A stretch of DNA of 64,000 nucleotides, taken from positions 96,001-160,000 of the forward strand of contig OY760937.1 in NCBI GenBank assembly GCA_963664225.1, given 5' to 3'. The position numbers and the translations under genes are program-made. Position 1 is the stretch's first letter, and each line of letters starts with the position of its first letter. The stretch is from Verrucomicrobiia bacterium (GTDB taxonomy: Bacteria; Verrucomicrobiota; Verrucomicrobiia; Limisphaerales; UBA1319). Below, in pieces: positions 40,601-50,511 of this stretch. The notes beneath the pieces are model-generated. The model ran no database searches, was not told where the DNA came from, and saw nothing but the letters and a program-made list of their open reading frames with translations.

Positions 40601-41455
40601 ACAGTGGACCCACTCAATGAAGTTTATAGCAGCAAAGATGGTGTTTTGCTCAGTAAAGACCAGACGATCCAGATTGAAATTCCGGAAGGCACAACTGGAA
40701 GTTTCACAATCCCCAATGGAATCACATTCATCGCGGGTTCAGCGTTCGACAGATGCATGGGCATCACTGGCGTGACAATTCCTGACAGCGTCATAGAAAT
40801 CGGAACTTCAGCGTTTTCTTATTGCGCAGGGCTGACGAACATAACGATTCCCAAGAGCGTCAGGTTCATTGGTGCTTCTGTGTTTAATTGCTGCAGCAAC
40901 CTGCAGAGCGTGTTTTTTGAAGGGGTTGGGCCAAAACCCGAGCCGGATAATCTGTTTACAGCGGCTCCCAATGTGACCGTGTATTATCGGCCTGAAACGA
41001 CTGGCTGGGGCACCACCTATGCAGGGCGTCCGACCGCGCTTTGGGTCGAACAAACCCCTTTTCAGCAATGGGCACAAACGTGCGGGTTGCTGGATAAGTT
41101 TCCTAATGCCAGTGGAGAAACGGATGACGCCGACCACGATGGCATGAGCAACCTGGCCGAGATGCAGGCAGGCACGGACCCCACCACAGCAGCCTCGGCT
41201 TTGAAATTTGAACGCGCATCCCGACTTGCTGATCTGACAGACGATGACAAAACCGCCATTGGGTCGGATCAACACGCCCTCTATTTCCAGGCTGTGCCGG
41301 GTAAGAAATACGGAATCCAGAGATTAACCGCAATTGGTGGTATTGTTGGTGTTTGGCAGACCGAAACAAACGTTACCGCGACCACCACTCAAAAGCGCGT
41401 TTTGGTCAATAGGCCAACCGATCAAGGATTCTACCGTGCGGTTCTGGTGCCATAA
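37649..41455 (+). CDS. BspA-like leucine-rich-repeat surface protein
   Basis: Many C..LT.VTIP..VT.IG..AF repeats in three blocks, SLDGVLFNK modules, DADHDGMSN motif, C-terminal GFYR tail. Confidence 0.92.
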   Translation: MNRISMIILRCFPIVSFFRITRHPSVARWVAISMVLVLSALLNSVTAATFGDYTYTTKDIYATITKYNGPGGDVTIPATIEGKPVINIWSSAFASKPNLTSVTIPFGVMAIWTGAFSDCSGLTNVLMPDSITNINTKAFFNCRKLTSVRIPNGVTSIGTEVFSGCSSLTNVIIPASLGSLNDKTFYGCRSLPEIIIPNSVTNLGSSAFNGCTNLTSVTVSKGLRSMGIYTFSGCTSLTNIIIPNNVVDMGSYTFYNCVSLADVAIPMNITSFGWSVFGNCSALTNLTIPNGVTNIGPNAFSGCTGLANITIPSGIANIGNNIFSGCAGLTNVTISYGVTNLGDSSFSDCSGLTSVTIPRSVTSLGPNAFSGCTNLESVYFAGNAPSLASENTFENANQATVYYRAETTGWGSSYAGRPTMRWIIHYESQFAWQTNESTITITGYIGADGDVIIPNEINGLAVSNIGNQAFVGRTNLTSILIPTGITNLGAYAFQSCTALANVTIPESVTTIGQSPFSGCTGLKTILVEAGNSNYSSLDGVLFNKDQRTLIQCPGGKTASYTIPTNVISIEANAFSYCANLVNITIPNTVTNIGNSAFNSCTNLASIYFEGNAPTFAPDDLFSNASHATVYYHPGMTGWLSTFAGRPAMQLIGPNDGDFPWQQIGTTIHIVGYNGPRGTVTIPNEINGLPVTSIEASAFYGNTNLMVVTIPNGVTNIGPRAFFGCYNLMSVAIPRSVVTIGYSQFGRCIGLTNIMVDLLNPTYSSIDGVLFNKNATTLLQVPEGKMGSYTIPDGVRIISDSAFFDCTGLTNITIPTSTTTFRYYAFYGCTGLTEIMLPKSVISILSDAFTDCKHLTAITVDNDNPAFSSLDGVLFNKNQTSVVQYPPGKIGSYIIPNGVTSLADSSFAFRYNLTSVIMPNSLTNIGWGAFEGCSSFTNITIPNSVTMIQHRAFQSCAKLTEIRIPGSVKVIQSDAFSYCRTMTNITVDPLNEVYSSKDGVLLSKDQTIQIEIPEGTTGSFTIPNGITFIAGSAFDRCMGITGVTIPDSVIEIGTSAFSYCAGLTNITIPKSVRFIGASVFNCCSNLQSVFFEGVGPKPEPDNLFTAAPNVTVYYRPETTGWGTTYAGRPTALWVEQTPFQQWAQTCGLLDKFPNASGETDDADHDGMSNLAEMQAGTDPTTAASALKFERASRLADLTDDDKTAIGSDQHALYFQAVPGKKYGIQRLTAIGGIVGVWQTETNVTATTTQKRVLVNRPTDQGFYRAVLVP

Positions 41456-41559
41456 GGCATTTCGTTTTAAAGTAATTCTTCGATTCGAGAAGATACTTAA
41501 CCTGCAACCGGTGGATTTCAATGGGTGACAAAGTGACGATATTTTGACAGGGTCTTCTT

Positions 41560-44500
41560 ATGTCAACCAAAGAAATTCTCCCGAACGATGGGGCCACTGA
41601 GGGGCGCGCCCAGGACGGCAAATCTTCGGCATCGGATCGTGCCTTATGGGGTCGCAGGGAGTTTTTGCGGACAGTGGGTTTGGGGGCGGCGGCAGCTCCA
41701 TTTCTAATGGCCGGGGCGCGGGCTGTGGCCGGCCCATTCGAGGCGGGGGATTTCGAGAAACTGGTGCCTTCCGACAAGAAGCTGAGCGCGGCCTGGCTGC
41801 GTTCGCTGGTGGAGCGGGGCGAGCCTACGACGTATCGCGGTGCGGCAACTGCGAAAATCGGCATGCCCGTTGGCGGACTATGCGCGGGGCAGCTTTACTT
41901 GGGCGGAGACGGTCAATTATGGCACTGGGATGTGTTTAATCTGCCGCAGACGCCGGATTTTGGCGCGGGAGACGGGCCGCATTATGCCAGGCCGTTGAAA
42001 CCAACGTCGCCGTTGGAGCAGGGATTTGCTATCCAGGTGCGGCACGGTCAAGAGGAGATCACGCGCGCGTTGAATCGGGAAGGTTTTCCCGGCGTGTCGT
42101 TTCAGGGGCAGTATCCGATCGGGCGCGTGGGGTATGCGGATGAGGCCGTGCCGGTGCGGGTGGCTCTCGAAGCCTTTTCGCCGTTCATCCCGTTGAACAC
42201 GGAGGATTCGAGTCTGCCGGCCACGATCATGGAATTCACGCTGACGAACACCGGCAAGGAAACGGTGGATGTGGCGTTGGCAGGGTGGCTGGAGAATGCC
42301 GTGTGCCTGGGGAGCGGAAAGCCGGGACGCGGTCGGCGCCGGAACCGGATCACGCATGACACGGATTTGACCCTGCTGCAATGTTCCGCCGAAGCCGCGA
42401 CGGAGAAGTCGGGCGCCAATGCGCGGCCGGACATTCTTTTCGAGGATTTTGAGAAGGAGACCTACGCGGGCTGGAAGGTTGAGGGCACGGCGTTTGGCGA
42501 GGGACCGATCGAGGTGGCGAAGATGCCGGGGTACCAGGGGGAGGTAGGCGCGCAGGGGAAGCGGTTGGTGAATTCGCATAACGTCCGCCACGGGGAGGAT
42601 GTGGGGCAGGGGGACGCGCATACGGGAACGCTGACGAGCCGTGAATTTGTGATCGAACGCGATTACATCAATTTTCTGATTGGCGGCGGGGCGCACAAGG
42701 ACCGGACCTGCATGAACCTGTGGGTGGACGGCAGGGTCGTGTCATCGGCCACGGGGGCGGATTCCAACCGCATGCACCCGGCTTCGATGGACGTGCGGGG
42801 TTTTGCGGGTAAAACCGCGCATCTGGAGATTGTGGATCGGGAGAAGGGAGCGTGGGGCAATATTGGGATCGACGATATCGTTTTCAGCGATTCTCCAAGA
42901 AAGCCAGCCACCCCGCTGGCGCAGGAGCCTGATTATGGAACGATGGCCCTGGGGTTGCTGGACGGCGGGTCGAAGACCTATTCGACACCGGATGTTCAAA
43001 GCGGACCCGAAGCGGTTTTTGCCGGATTGCACGGTAGGAATGCAGCGGATGCGAACCGGGAATTCGGCGCGAAATTAATGGGCGCGTTAGGGCGCGAATG
43101 GCGGTTAAAACCCGGTCGCACGGTCAAGGCGACCTTTGTAGTGACGTGGTACTTCCCGACCTTGCGGCGCGGAGGGTTGGAGCACATCACGGATATTGCG
43201 AAATTGCAGCGTTCCTACGGCAAACGCTTTGAATCCGCAGGGGCGGTGGCGCGTTCGGTGGCGCAGCGTTATAACACGCTCGCGGGTCAGACACGGCTAT
43301 GGCATCGCACCTGGCACGATTCGTCGCTGCCATGGTGGTTTCTGGAACGGACACTTCTGAATATTTCCATCCTGGCCACGGCCACCTGTTACGAGTTCGA
43401 CAATGGTCGGTTTTACGGCTGGGAGGGGACCTATTGCTGCGCGGGCACCTGCACGCATGTCTGGCAATACGCCCAGGCCGTGGGACGTTTGTTCCCGGCC
43501 TATGAAAGGTCCGTGCGCGAAATGGTGGATTACGGACTCGCATTTCATCCGGATACGGGCGCGATGGATTACCGGGCCGAGGCCAGCCGGATGGTGGCGG
43601 TGGACGGTCAGGCGGGAACGATTTTGCGGGCGTATCGCGAGCACCAAATGAGCGCCGACGATACGTTCCTGCGTCGGAATTGGGCGAAGATCAAGAAATC
43701 CATCGAATACCTGATCCGGCAGGATGCCAACGAGGACGGGATTTTGGATGGCGACCAATACAATACACTCGATGCGTCGTGGTATGGGCGCATTCCCTGG
43801 ATCAGCTCGTTGTATCTGGCGGCGGTGCGGGCCGGGGTGGCCATGGCGGAGGAAATGGGGGATGCGGGTTTTGCCGAACGCTGCGAACGGATTGCGGACA
43901 AGGGGCGCGAGCAATTGGTGACCGAACTTTTCAATGGGCAATATTTCATTCACAAGCTGGATCCCAAACATCCCGAATCCACGAACACGAATGAGGGATG
44001 CCATATCGACCAGGTGTATGGCCAGAGCTGGGCCTTCCAGGCGGGGCTGCCGAGGGTGCTGCCGGAGACCTCCACACGCGCGGCGCTGGAGTCGCTTTGG
44101 AAATATAACTTCACACCGGACACAGGGGTTTACCGGGAGAATTTCAAGGATATCTCCGGCGGGCGCTGGTATGCCATGCCGGGTGAAGGCGGGCTGTTAA
44201 TGTGCACATGGCCCAAGGGCGGGGGTGCGAATGCCGCGGGGAAAGGTAATCCCGGATTCGTGGCCTATTTCAACGAATGCATGACGGGCTTCGAATACCA
44301 GGTGGCGGCGCACATGATCTGGGAGGGGATGACGGAAAAGGGATTGGCCATTACGCGCATGATCCATGACCGCTACCATGCGGCCCGGCGCAATCCATGG
44401 AACGAGGTGGAGTGCAGCGATCATTATTCACGGGCCATGGCCAGCTACGGCGTGTTCCTGGCGGCTTGCGGCTATGAATACCACGGGCCCAAGGGATTTC

Positions 44501-44814
44501 TGGCGTTCGATCCGCGATTGACACCGGAAAACTTCAAGGCCCCGTTCACGGCGGCAGAGGGGTGGGGGAGCTTTACGCAAAAACGGGAATTGGCAGCGCA
44601 AACCAACGAGATTCAGATTCATCGTGGCACGCTGCGACTGAAGCGGTTAAAACTCACATTGGCCGACGGTTTCGCAAACGACCGGGTGGAAATAAAGCTT
44701 AACGGCACAAAAGTGGGCGTTCATCCGATGCGCACTGGGAATCAAGTGATTTTGCAGTTCGAGAAGGAATTGACCCTCAAAACAGGCCAGAAACTGGTGA
44801 TTCGCTTTGGATGA
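41560..44814 (+). CDS. GH116-like glycoside hydrolase, Tat-exported, with an inserted module
   Basis: GRREFL Tat motif, GMPVGGL, QYNTLD, NPWNEVECSDHYSRAMAS. Confidence 0.85.
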   Translation: MSTKEILPNDGATEGRAQDGKSSASDRALWGRREFLRTVGLGAAAAPFLMAGARAVAGPFEAGDFEKLVPSDKKLSAAWLRSLVERGEPTTYRGAATAKIGMPVGGLCAGQLYLGGDGQLWHWDVFNLPQTPDFGAGDGPHYARPLKPTSPLEQGFAIQVRHGQEEITRALNREGFPGVSFQGQYPIGRVGYADEAVPVRVALEAFSPFIPLNTEDSSLPATIMEFTLTNTGKETVDVALAGWLENAVCLGSGKPGRGRRRNRITHDTDLTLLQCSAEAATEKSGANARPDILFEDFEKETYAGWKVEGTAFGEGPIEVAKMPGYQGEVGAQGKRLVNSHNVRHGEDVGQGDAHTGTLTSREFVIERDYINFLIGGGAHKDRTCMNLWVDGRVVSSATGADSNRMHPASMDVRGFAGKTAHLEIVDREKGAWGNIGIDDIVFSDSPRKPATPLAQEPDYGTMALGLLDGGSKTYSTPDVQSGPEAVFAGLHGRNAADANREFGAKLMGALGREWRLKPGRTVKATFVVTWYFPTLRRGGLEHITDIAKLQRSYGKRFESAGAVARSVAQRYNTLAGQTRLWHRTWHDSSLPWWFLERTLLNISILATATCYEFDNGRFYGWEGTYCCAGTCTHVWQYAQAVGRLFPAYERSVREMVDYGLAFHPDTGAMDYRAEASRMVAVDGQAGTILRAYREHQMSADDTFLRRNWAKIKKSIEYLIRQDANEDGILDGDQYNTLDASWYGRIPWISSLYLAAVRAGVAMAEEMGDAGFAERCERIADKGREQLVTELFNGQYFIHKLDPKHPESTNTNEGCHIDQVYGQSWAFQAGLPRVLPETSTRAALESLWKYNFTPDTGVYRENFKDISGGRWYAMPGEGGLLMCTWPKGGGANAAGKGNPGFVAYFNECMTGFEYQVAAHMIWEGMTEKGLAITRMIHDRYHAARRNPWNEVECSDHYSRAMASYGVFLAACGYEYHGPKGFLAFDPRLTPENFKAPFTAAEGWGSFTQKRELAAQTNEIQIHRGTLRLKRLKLTLADGFANDRVEIKLNGTKVGVHPMRTGNQVILQFEKELTLKTGQKLVIRFG

Positions 44815-45001
44815 AAGAGAGCCGTATTTGGTCGAAATTGAGCAAATCGGCCCATTATAACGATATTGAGGGTCGGGTTGCGCCGCAAAAGACGGAATTT
44901 CGATCTGGAAAAAATAGAGGCTTGAATTCCGATTGGGGTTGCGTACCATCCGGCGTTCGATTTAAATTGCAAGATTAGAGAATCAGCGAGCAGAAAGTAC
45001 T

Positions 45002-45559
45002 ATGGCAACAGCAAACGATATTCGTAAAGGCATGGCGGTCGTCTATAATGGTGACATCGGCGTTGTCCTTGACTCACAGCACCGCACCCCAGGCAATCTG
45101 CGGGCATTTGTGCAGGCGACCATTCGCAGCATCAAGACGGGCAAAACCACCGACGTGCGCTTCAGTTCGACGGAGAAAATTGACGTGGTGCCCATGGCAT
45201 CGCGCAAAATGGAGTACAGCTACAAAGATGGAACGGATTTTGTCTTTTCTGACCCGGAAACGTATGAAACGGTGACCTTGAGCGCTGAATTGATCGGTGA
45301 CATCAAGAATTATCTCACTGAGAACGCGCTGGTGACAGTGACTTTCGTGGACGATAAGGCGGTGACGGTTGAGTTGCCGTCGTCGGTGACCTTGAAAGTG
45401 ACCGATGCTCCCGAGGGGATTCGCGGAGATTCCGCCAACAACGTCCAGAAACCGGTGGTCATGGAAACGGGCATCACCGTTCAAGTGCCATTGTTCATCA
45501 AGACGGGCGAGAAGCTCAAGATCGACACACGCACCGGCAAATACATGGAACGGGCCTGA
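45002..45559 (+). CDS. efp: Elongation factor P
   Basis: ANDIRKG, TPGNLRAFV, IRGDSA, VPLFI...DTRTGKYMERA. Confidence 0.96.
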   Translation: MATANDIRKGMAVVYNGDIGVVLDSQHRTPGNLRAFVQATIRSIKTGKTTDVRFSSTEKIDVVPMASRKMEYSYKDGTDFVFSDPETYETVTLSAELIGDIKNYLTENALVTVTFVDDKAVTVELPSSVTLKVTDAPEGIRGDSANNVQKPVVMETGITVQVPLFIKTGEKLKIDTRTGKYMERA

Positions 45560-45612
45560 TCAAGGCGCATCCAGGGGCGGGAATTGCAGTTCCAGCGCCC
45601 GCAAGAAATTTC

Positions 45613-45644
45613 AAAGACGATCCGTAATGGGGTCGTCTTTTTTT
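45613..45644 (+). terminator. Terminator after efp
   Basis: AAAGACGATCC-GTAAT-GGGGTCGTCTTT followed by a T-tract. Confidence 0.75.
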
Positions 45645-45779
45645 ATGGATGGAAATGGCCCGTGGAGAACTGCTTGTCGGAGTGCGACGCTGCAAATAAA
45701 TCAAACGCGTAAATCCTGTAAAAGGCGCTTTACAAGTTATCCGGTGGCGGTAATCTTCAGACAAGAAATACGTCTTTTT

Positions 45780-46220
45780 ATGCGAACTGCGACTTGGCTT
45801 TTAACAACTGTGTCCGGTCTGGCCTTATTGGTGGCCGGATGTTCCGGGCCTGAACAAAAACTCGGGCGCGGCATTGGCAATGCCACCGAATTGGCGCGCA
45901 TGGGTGATGTGCGTCGCTCGATGGAGCAATCCGCCCTGTACGAGGGACCGGACGCGGCCTTAACCACCGGTGTGGTCAAGGGATTCAGCAAGACCATGGC
46001 CCGCACGGCGGTGGGTGCTTATGAGATCGTGACGTTCCCCATCCCTTCGTATGATCCGGTCTGCACTAATTATTTGTCTGTGAATCCCAGCTATCCGGAC
46101 AGCTATAAACCGAATTTTCTGGCGGATCCGATGTTCACACCCGATGCGAATCTCGGTTTCGGCGGCGGCGATGTGATCCCGTTCTTCCCCGGCAGCCGTT
46201 TCCGTATTTTCGACTACTAA
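45780..46220 (+). CDS. TIGR04073-like (exosortase-system-associated) lipoprotein
   Basis: LVAGC lipobox, KLGRGIGN, GAYEIVTFPIP. Confidence 0.75.
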   Translation: MRTATWLLTTVSGLALLVAGCSGPEQKLGRGIGNATELARMGDVRRSMEQSALYEGPDAALTTGVVKGFSKTMARTAVGAYEIVTFPIPSYDPVCTNYLSVNPSYPDSYKPNFLADPMFTPDANLGFGGGDVIPFFPGSRFRIFDY

Positions 46221-46237
46221 GGCACTGCAATTTATTG

Positions 46238-46267
46238 GCGCCAACACAGGCTGTTGGCGCTTTTTTT
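46238..46267 (+). terminator. Terminator-like hairpin just upstream of ispE
   Basis: GCGCCAACA-CAGGC-TGTTGGCGC followed by T7. Confidence 0.7.
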
Positions 46268-46274
46268 ATTTCCC

Positions 46275-47147
46275 ATGGAGCGATTTTCTCCCTGCAAAGT
46301 CAATCTGCTGCTGAACATTCTGGGTCGGCGGGCGGACGGTTTTCATGAATTGGAGACCGTGTTCCAGCCCGTCGCTTTGTGTGATCGACTGATGTTCGCG
46401 AAACAGGCGTGCGGCCTTGAATTGAGCTGCAACATTCCTGAGCTGCCGGTAAACAACGGAAATCTGGTCTATCGCGCGGCGGAGGCTTTTTACAAGGCGG
46501 CGGGTATTGCGCCCGGAATTTCCATTCACCTCGAGAAAAACATTCCCCTGGCAGCGGGCCTGGGAGGCGGCAGCGCCAATGCGGCCACGACCTTGATGGC
46601 GTTGAACGACCTGCACGACGGGGTGCTGGCGGCGACCACATTGGAACAGATTGCCGCGGCGCTTGGATCGGATGTTCCCTTCTTTTTGCAGAGCAAACCC
46701 GCATTGGGTCTGGGACGGGGGGAGCAGATCACGGTTCTGGAGGATTTCCCAGCGTTGCGCGGCGTCCATGCGCTTCTGGTGCATCCCGGGTTTGGCGTCT
46801 CCACGGCGTGGGCTTACCAGCACTTGTCGATTTATCCCGAGGCTTTGAATGGCCGCAAGGGCAGGGCGCAGGAATTAGTGGCGCTGTTGCAAGGGACATT
46901 GGCGGAAGCGGGCCCCGCTTTTTATAATTCGCTGGAAGCGCCGGTGCTGGTCAAATACCCGTTGCTCGCGGAGTTTCAGGAGTTCTTGAAAAACCATGGG
47001 GCCAGCGCCGCCGTGATGTCCGGGAGCGGATCCACCACGTTTGCCCTGGTGAATGGGCGCGCGCATGCCGAAACGTTGCGGGAGAAATTCCGGTCCCATT
47101 TTGGTCCGTCTTATTGGACCGCTGTGGTTCCCTTGCAAGGAAAGTAA
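46275..47147 (+). CDS. ispE: 4-diphosphocytidyl-2-C-methyl-D-erythritol kinase
   Basis: KVNLLL, GFHELET, IPLAAGLGGGSANAA, GSDVPFF, MSGSGST. Confidence 0.96.
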   Translation: MERFSPCKVNLLLNILGRRADGFHELETVFQPVALCDRLMFAKQACGLELSCNIPELPVNNGNLVYRAAEAFYKAAGIAPGISIHLEKNIPLAAGLGGGSANAATTLMALNDLHDGVLAATTLEQIAAALGSDVPFFLQSKPALGLGRGEQITVLEDFPALRGVHALLVHPGFGVSTAWAYQHLSIYPEALNGRKGRAQELVALLQGTLAEAGPAFYNSLEAPVLVKYPLLAEFQEFLKNHGASAAVMSGSGSTTFALVNGRAHAETLREKFRSHFGPSYWTAVVPLQGK

Positions 47148-47239
47148 CGGCTCGTCCGCAGGCGCAATTTTACGCCCCAGTCGCGTCCTGCCTGTCTACC
47201 TGCTTTTCCGGACACTTTCTTGAACGCTCCTCGAGACGC

Positions 47240-48418
47240 TTATGCCGTTTTTTCTGGCGCGGCTGCAAGAAAATCCAGGTCCACGGGCACCTTGACACGT
47301 TTGCCGCTTGTGGAGAGCAAAGTGACCCCGTGCTGGTCCGGCGCGGCAACGATGTCCGCCACACTATCGAATCCGGGAGGCACGGGCGTCATGATCATGA
47401 TGTAGGGCACGCGCAACGGTTTGTTCGGATCGAGCGTCAAATACGTGGGGTGGCCGTTCTTGGAGATGGGATTCTTCGCAACGGACTCCGCCAGGCCATA
47501 ATGAAAATAGGAGGTGACTTCTTCAAGCCCCATGACATTGACATGTCGGCCATTCCAGGGTTCGTAATGCCGTCCGCCATTTGAAAGCCAGAAAACAGTC
47601 TCGCGAAGAATTCGCGGGTTCTTGAGCGAAAACCAGACGGCGCGCACTTTTGGAAAGGTCACAGCGGTCCATGCAAAAGGCAGGGCGGGATCGCTGACCA
47701 TCATGACCAGATCTTCGAAACCACGCCGCGCGGGGTAGTGGGAAAGGTCGGCATTCTCCCCGGTCAGTGCGGGCACGGCGGACAGGTTGGTGAACAGAGC
47801 TCCCGGTTTCAGATAGGAATAGCCGCGCTGGGCGGGAATCTCGAAGGGGGTGGGCAGTACCTCGCCATGCAGGAACGGGCTTGTGGAAATCACGCCGCTG
47901 GCCGGTGCGTTGGGGAATCTGAGGATGGCGTGATGCCCGGGGCTCATCGGCCCTTTCATCCCTGAAATGATGTGTTCGCTGTAGATGGCATTCTGGCCAT
48001 CCTTGAGGCGGATGCGCTTATCGACGCGACCGGGGCGCACAGTGGTTTCAAGGCTCAGGTGGAGTGTGGACTCTCCTTCCACAGTCTCCAGGGATTCAAA
48101 ATGCCAGAGCGCGTTGGCTGTTTCGCCGTGGGGGGGGAACTGCTCCCCTTGCAGCGGTGTTTCGTTGCCGCCGAAAGGCATGCAAAAAAAATCCCCGCGC
48201 AACGCCTTGAGAATAGGCGGCATGGTCGCCGGAGTTTTTTCCTCCGCCCAAGGGGCCACTGCGTAAGGACTCAAACGCCGACCGCCCCGGTCGAAAATAA
48301 CCGGGGCCAGATGCCCGCCCAACCGGGTGACGTGTGCCTCCACCTGGGAGGCGGCCACACGCCAGGAAGGTTGTCCGAGGACTTTGACGAGTTTGGCGGG
48401 TCGAGCGTTCATACCCAT
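47240..48418 (-). CDS. Hypothetical protein (392 aa), possibly galactose-mutarotase-like fold
   Basis: Long frame with LRGDFFCMPFG and PHGE motifs; the fold is inferred. Confidence 0.7.
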   Translation of the reverse strand: MGMNARPAKLVKVLGQPSWRVAASQVEAHVTRLGGHLAPVIFDRGGRRLSPYAVAPWAEEKTPATMPPILKALRGDFFCMPFGGNETPLQGEQFPPHGETANALWHFESLETVEGESTLHLSLETTVRPGRVDKRIRLKDGQNAIYSEHIISGMKGPMSPGHHAILRFPNAPASGVISTSPFLHGEVLPTPFEIPAQRGYSYLKPGALFTNLSAVPALTGENADLSHYPARRGFEDLVMMVSDPALPFAWTAVTFPKVRAVWFSLKNPRILRETVFWLSNGGRHYEPWNGRHVNVMGLEEVTSYFHYGLAESVAKNPISKNGHPTYLTLDPNKPLRVPYIMIMTPVPPGFDSVADIVAAPDQHGVTLLSTSGKRVKVPVDLDFLAAAPEKTA

Positions 48419-48456
48419 TTTTATATGCTGTCTGAACGCTTCGATCGAGACAAAAA

Positions 48457-48891
48457 TTACTTTTTAATCTTGCTCAACTCTTCGATGAAAGGCTTGGGTC
48501 CGCCGGCCTGGTAGCCAAGTCGCTTCACTTCCTTGCCTTCGCCATCGAGCACCACCACAGTGGGGTAGCCTTCGATATTGTATTTATTGGCCAGGGCCTG
48601 GTTGGCTTTTTTGACTTCAATGGACTGCTCGGTCTTCCTGGGAAAATCGATCTCGACGAGAACGAGGTTCTTCTTCGCGTAATCGGTAAAATCCGTTTTC
48701 TCGAATACCTCTTTATGCAGCTTGATGCACCAAGGGCACCAATCTGAACCCGTGAAATCCACCAAAACGAGTTTTTTCTCGGTTTTTGCCGTTTTTAGGG
48801 CGGCGGAGAGGTCCGTTTCCCACAGTTTTTCCGCATGCACACTGATCGCAAGCGCGGCTAATGCAAACAACGACAGCAACTTTTTTAACAT
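48457..48891 (-). CDS. Thioredoxin family protein, secreted
   Basis: DFTGSDWCPWC, GYPT cis-Pro loop. Confidence 0.92.
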   Translation of the reverse strand: MLKKLLSLFALAALAISVHAEKLWETDLSAALKTAKTEKKLVLVDFTGSDWCPWCIKLHKEVFEKTDFTDYAKKNLVLVEIDFPRKTEQSIEVKKANQALANKYNIEGYPTVVVLDGEGKEVKRLGYQAGGPKPFIEELSKIKK

Positions 48892-48996
48892 AATCATCCA
48901 AACAGTTTTATGAACCGTCGGCCCCTTCACACCAGTTCATAACCGGTGTCTCCAATCCTGATGGCATCACCTTAATGCCTCCAGGTTCGCAGGATT

Positions 48997-50364
48997 TTAA
49001 GCGTTTTCGCGCCAGACGATTACACCAGAGACTATCGTTGCGACGGGCTTTCCGCGCAAGGGCCAATCGTAGAAGGGGTTGTTCAGGGATTTGCTGGCGG
49101 TGTTCTCCTTCTTAAAGGTCCAGGAACGATCCGGATCCAGCACCGAGATATCCGCGCACGCGCCCACGCTGAGCGTCCCTTTGTCCAGACCCAAAAGCCG
49201 GGCGGGCCCAACCGTGAATTTCGCCAGGAGGTCCGACAGGGAAAGCCGCTTCGAATGATAAAGCTGCATCAGGGCCAGGCTTAGCTCCGTTTCCAGCCCA
49301 GTGATGCCAAAGGGGGCGTAATCGAACTCGACCTCCTTTTCAAAATTGCAATGCGGCGCATGGTCGCTGGCGATCAATTCAAGCGTGCCGTCCACCAGGC
49401 CTTCGAGCACCGCCTCGCGATCGGCAGCCGTGCGCAAGGGCGGGTTCATTTTGAAATTGGTGTCGTAGCTCGACCATGCGGGCCAAGGGCGGGCAGCCCC
49501 GGGCAGAAGGTTCGCGCCGTCGGCTTTCCAAAAGGCCTCGCTTCCCGCCAGAGCGGCATCCGTGAGCGTGAAATGGTGGGGACAGGCCTCCGCCGTGATG
49601 CGCACGCCCCGCTTTTTGGCTTCGCGCACCAACCGCACACTGGTCGCGCTGCTGATGTGCTGGCAGTGAACGCGCGCGCCCGTCAACTCCGCCAGCATGA
49701 TGTTCCGGGCCACGATGGAATCCTCCCCCGACGCGGGCCAGCCCCGCAGCCCCAGCACCGTGCTGTAATAGCCTTCATGGGCCACCCCCTCGGTCACCAG
49801 CGAATAATCCTGGCAATGGTCCATCACCGGAATTTCGAGCATCGTGGCGTATTCCAGGGCGCGCCGCATCATTTCATTATTCTGAACACAGTGGCCGTCA
49901 TCGGTGAAGGCGACGACCCCGGCCTTTTTCAGCGACCCCATCGGCGCCAATTCCTCGCCGGCCAGATTTTTTGTAATCGCCCCGGCCACCAGCACGTTCA
50001 CCACTCCTTCGCGCCTGGCCCGTTCACGGATTAAAACCACCGTTCCGGCGCTATCGATGGCCGGTGAGGTGTTGGGCATGCACACCACGGACGTAAACCC
50101 ACCCCGGGCCGCTGCGGCGGTGCCCGTGGCGATCGTTTCCTTGCCCGTCTGGCCCGGCTCGCGCAAATGCACATGCACGTCGATTAATCCCGGGCAGACC
50201 ACCTGACCGGAAACATCCACGCGCGTCGCATCCGGCGCGGCCATTTTGGCGGCCTCGGGACCCACGGCGGCGATCTTGCCATCACTCACCAGGACATCCG
50301 CCGGAGCATCGAAACGATTGGCGGGATCGATCACGCGTCCGCCGGTTAGAAGCAACGAATTCAT
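48997..50364 (-). CDS. pyrC: Dihydroorotase
   Basis: DVHVHLREPG, CMPNT, KMNPPLR, SDHAPH, PFGITGLET. Confidence 0.94.
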   Translation of the reverse strand: MNSLLLTGGRVIDPANRFDAPADVLVSDGKIAAVGPEAAKMAAPDATRVDVSGQVVCPGLIDVHVHLREPGQTGKETIATGTAAAARGGFTSVVCMPNTSPAIDSAGTVVLIRERARREGVVNVLVAGAITKNLAGEELAPMGSLKKAGVVAFTDDGHCVQNNEMMRRALEYATMLEIPVMDHCQDYSLVTEGVAHEGYYSTVLGLRGWPASGEDSIVARNIMLAELTGARVHCQHISSATSVRLVREAKKRGVRITAEACPHHFTLTDAALAGSEAFWKADGANLLPGAARPWPAWSSYDTNFKMNPPLRTAADREAVLEGLVDGTLELIASDHAPHCNFEKEVEFDYAPFGITGLETELSLALMQLYHSKRLSLSDLLAKFTVGPARLLGLDKGTLSVGACADISVLDPDRSWTFKKENTASKSLNNPFYDWPLRGKPVATIVSGVIVWRENA

Positions 50365-50389
50365 CGGCCCAAACAGTGCCAAACCCGCA

Positions 50390-50417
50390 TTGACAAGGCA
50401 AGCGCTTCAGTTAATAT
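50390..50417 (+). promoter_or_regulatory. Promoter candidate for tRNA-Gly
   Basis: TTGACA-16 nt-TAATAT. Confidence 0.5.
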
Positions 50418-50437
50418 CAGGACGCATTTTTGATAGT

Positions 50438-50511
50438 GCGGGTGTAGCTTAGTGGTAAAGTTCCAGCCTTCCAAGCTGGCCATGTGGGTTCGATTCCCAT
50501 CACCCGCTCCA
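50438..50511 (+). tRNA. tRNA-Gly (TCC)
   Basis: GCGGGTGTAGCTTAGTGGTAAAGTTCCAGCCTTCCAAGCTGGCCATGTGGGTTCGATTCCCATCACCCGCTCCA. Confidence 0.97.

Noticed and set aside
45405..45779. N-terminal extension of the 271-aa ORF
   Set aside because: It overlaps efp and its terminator; the lipoprotein signal starts at 45780.
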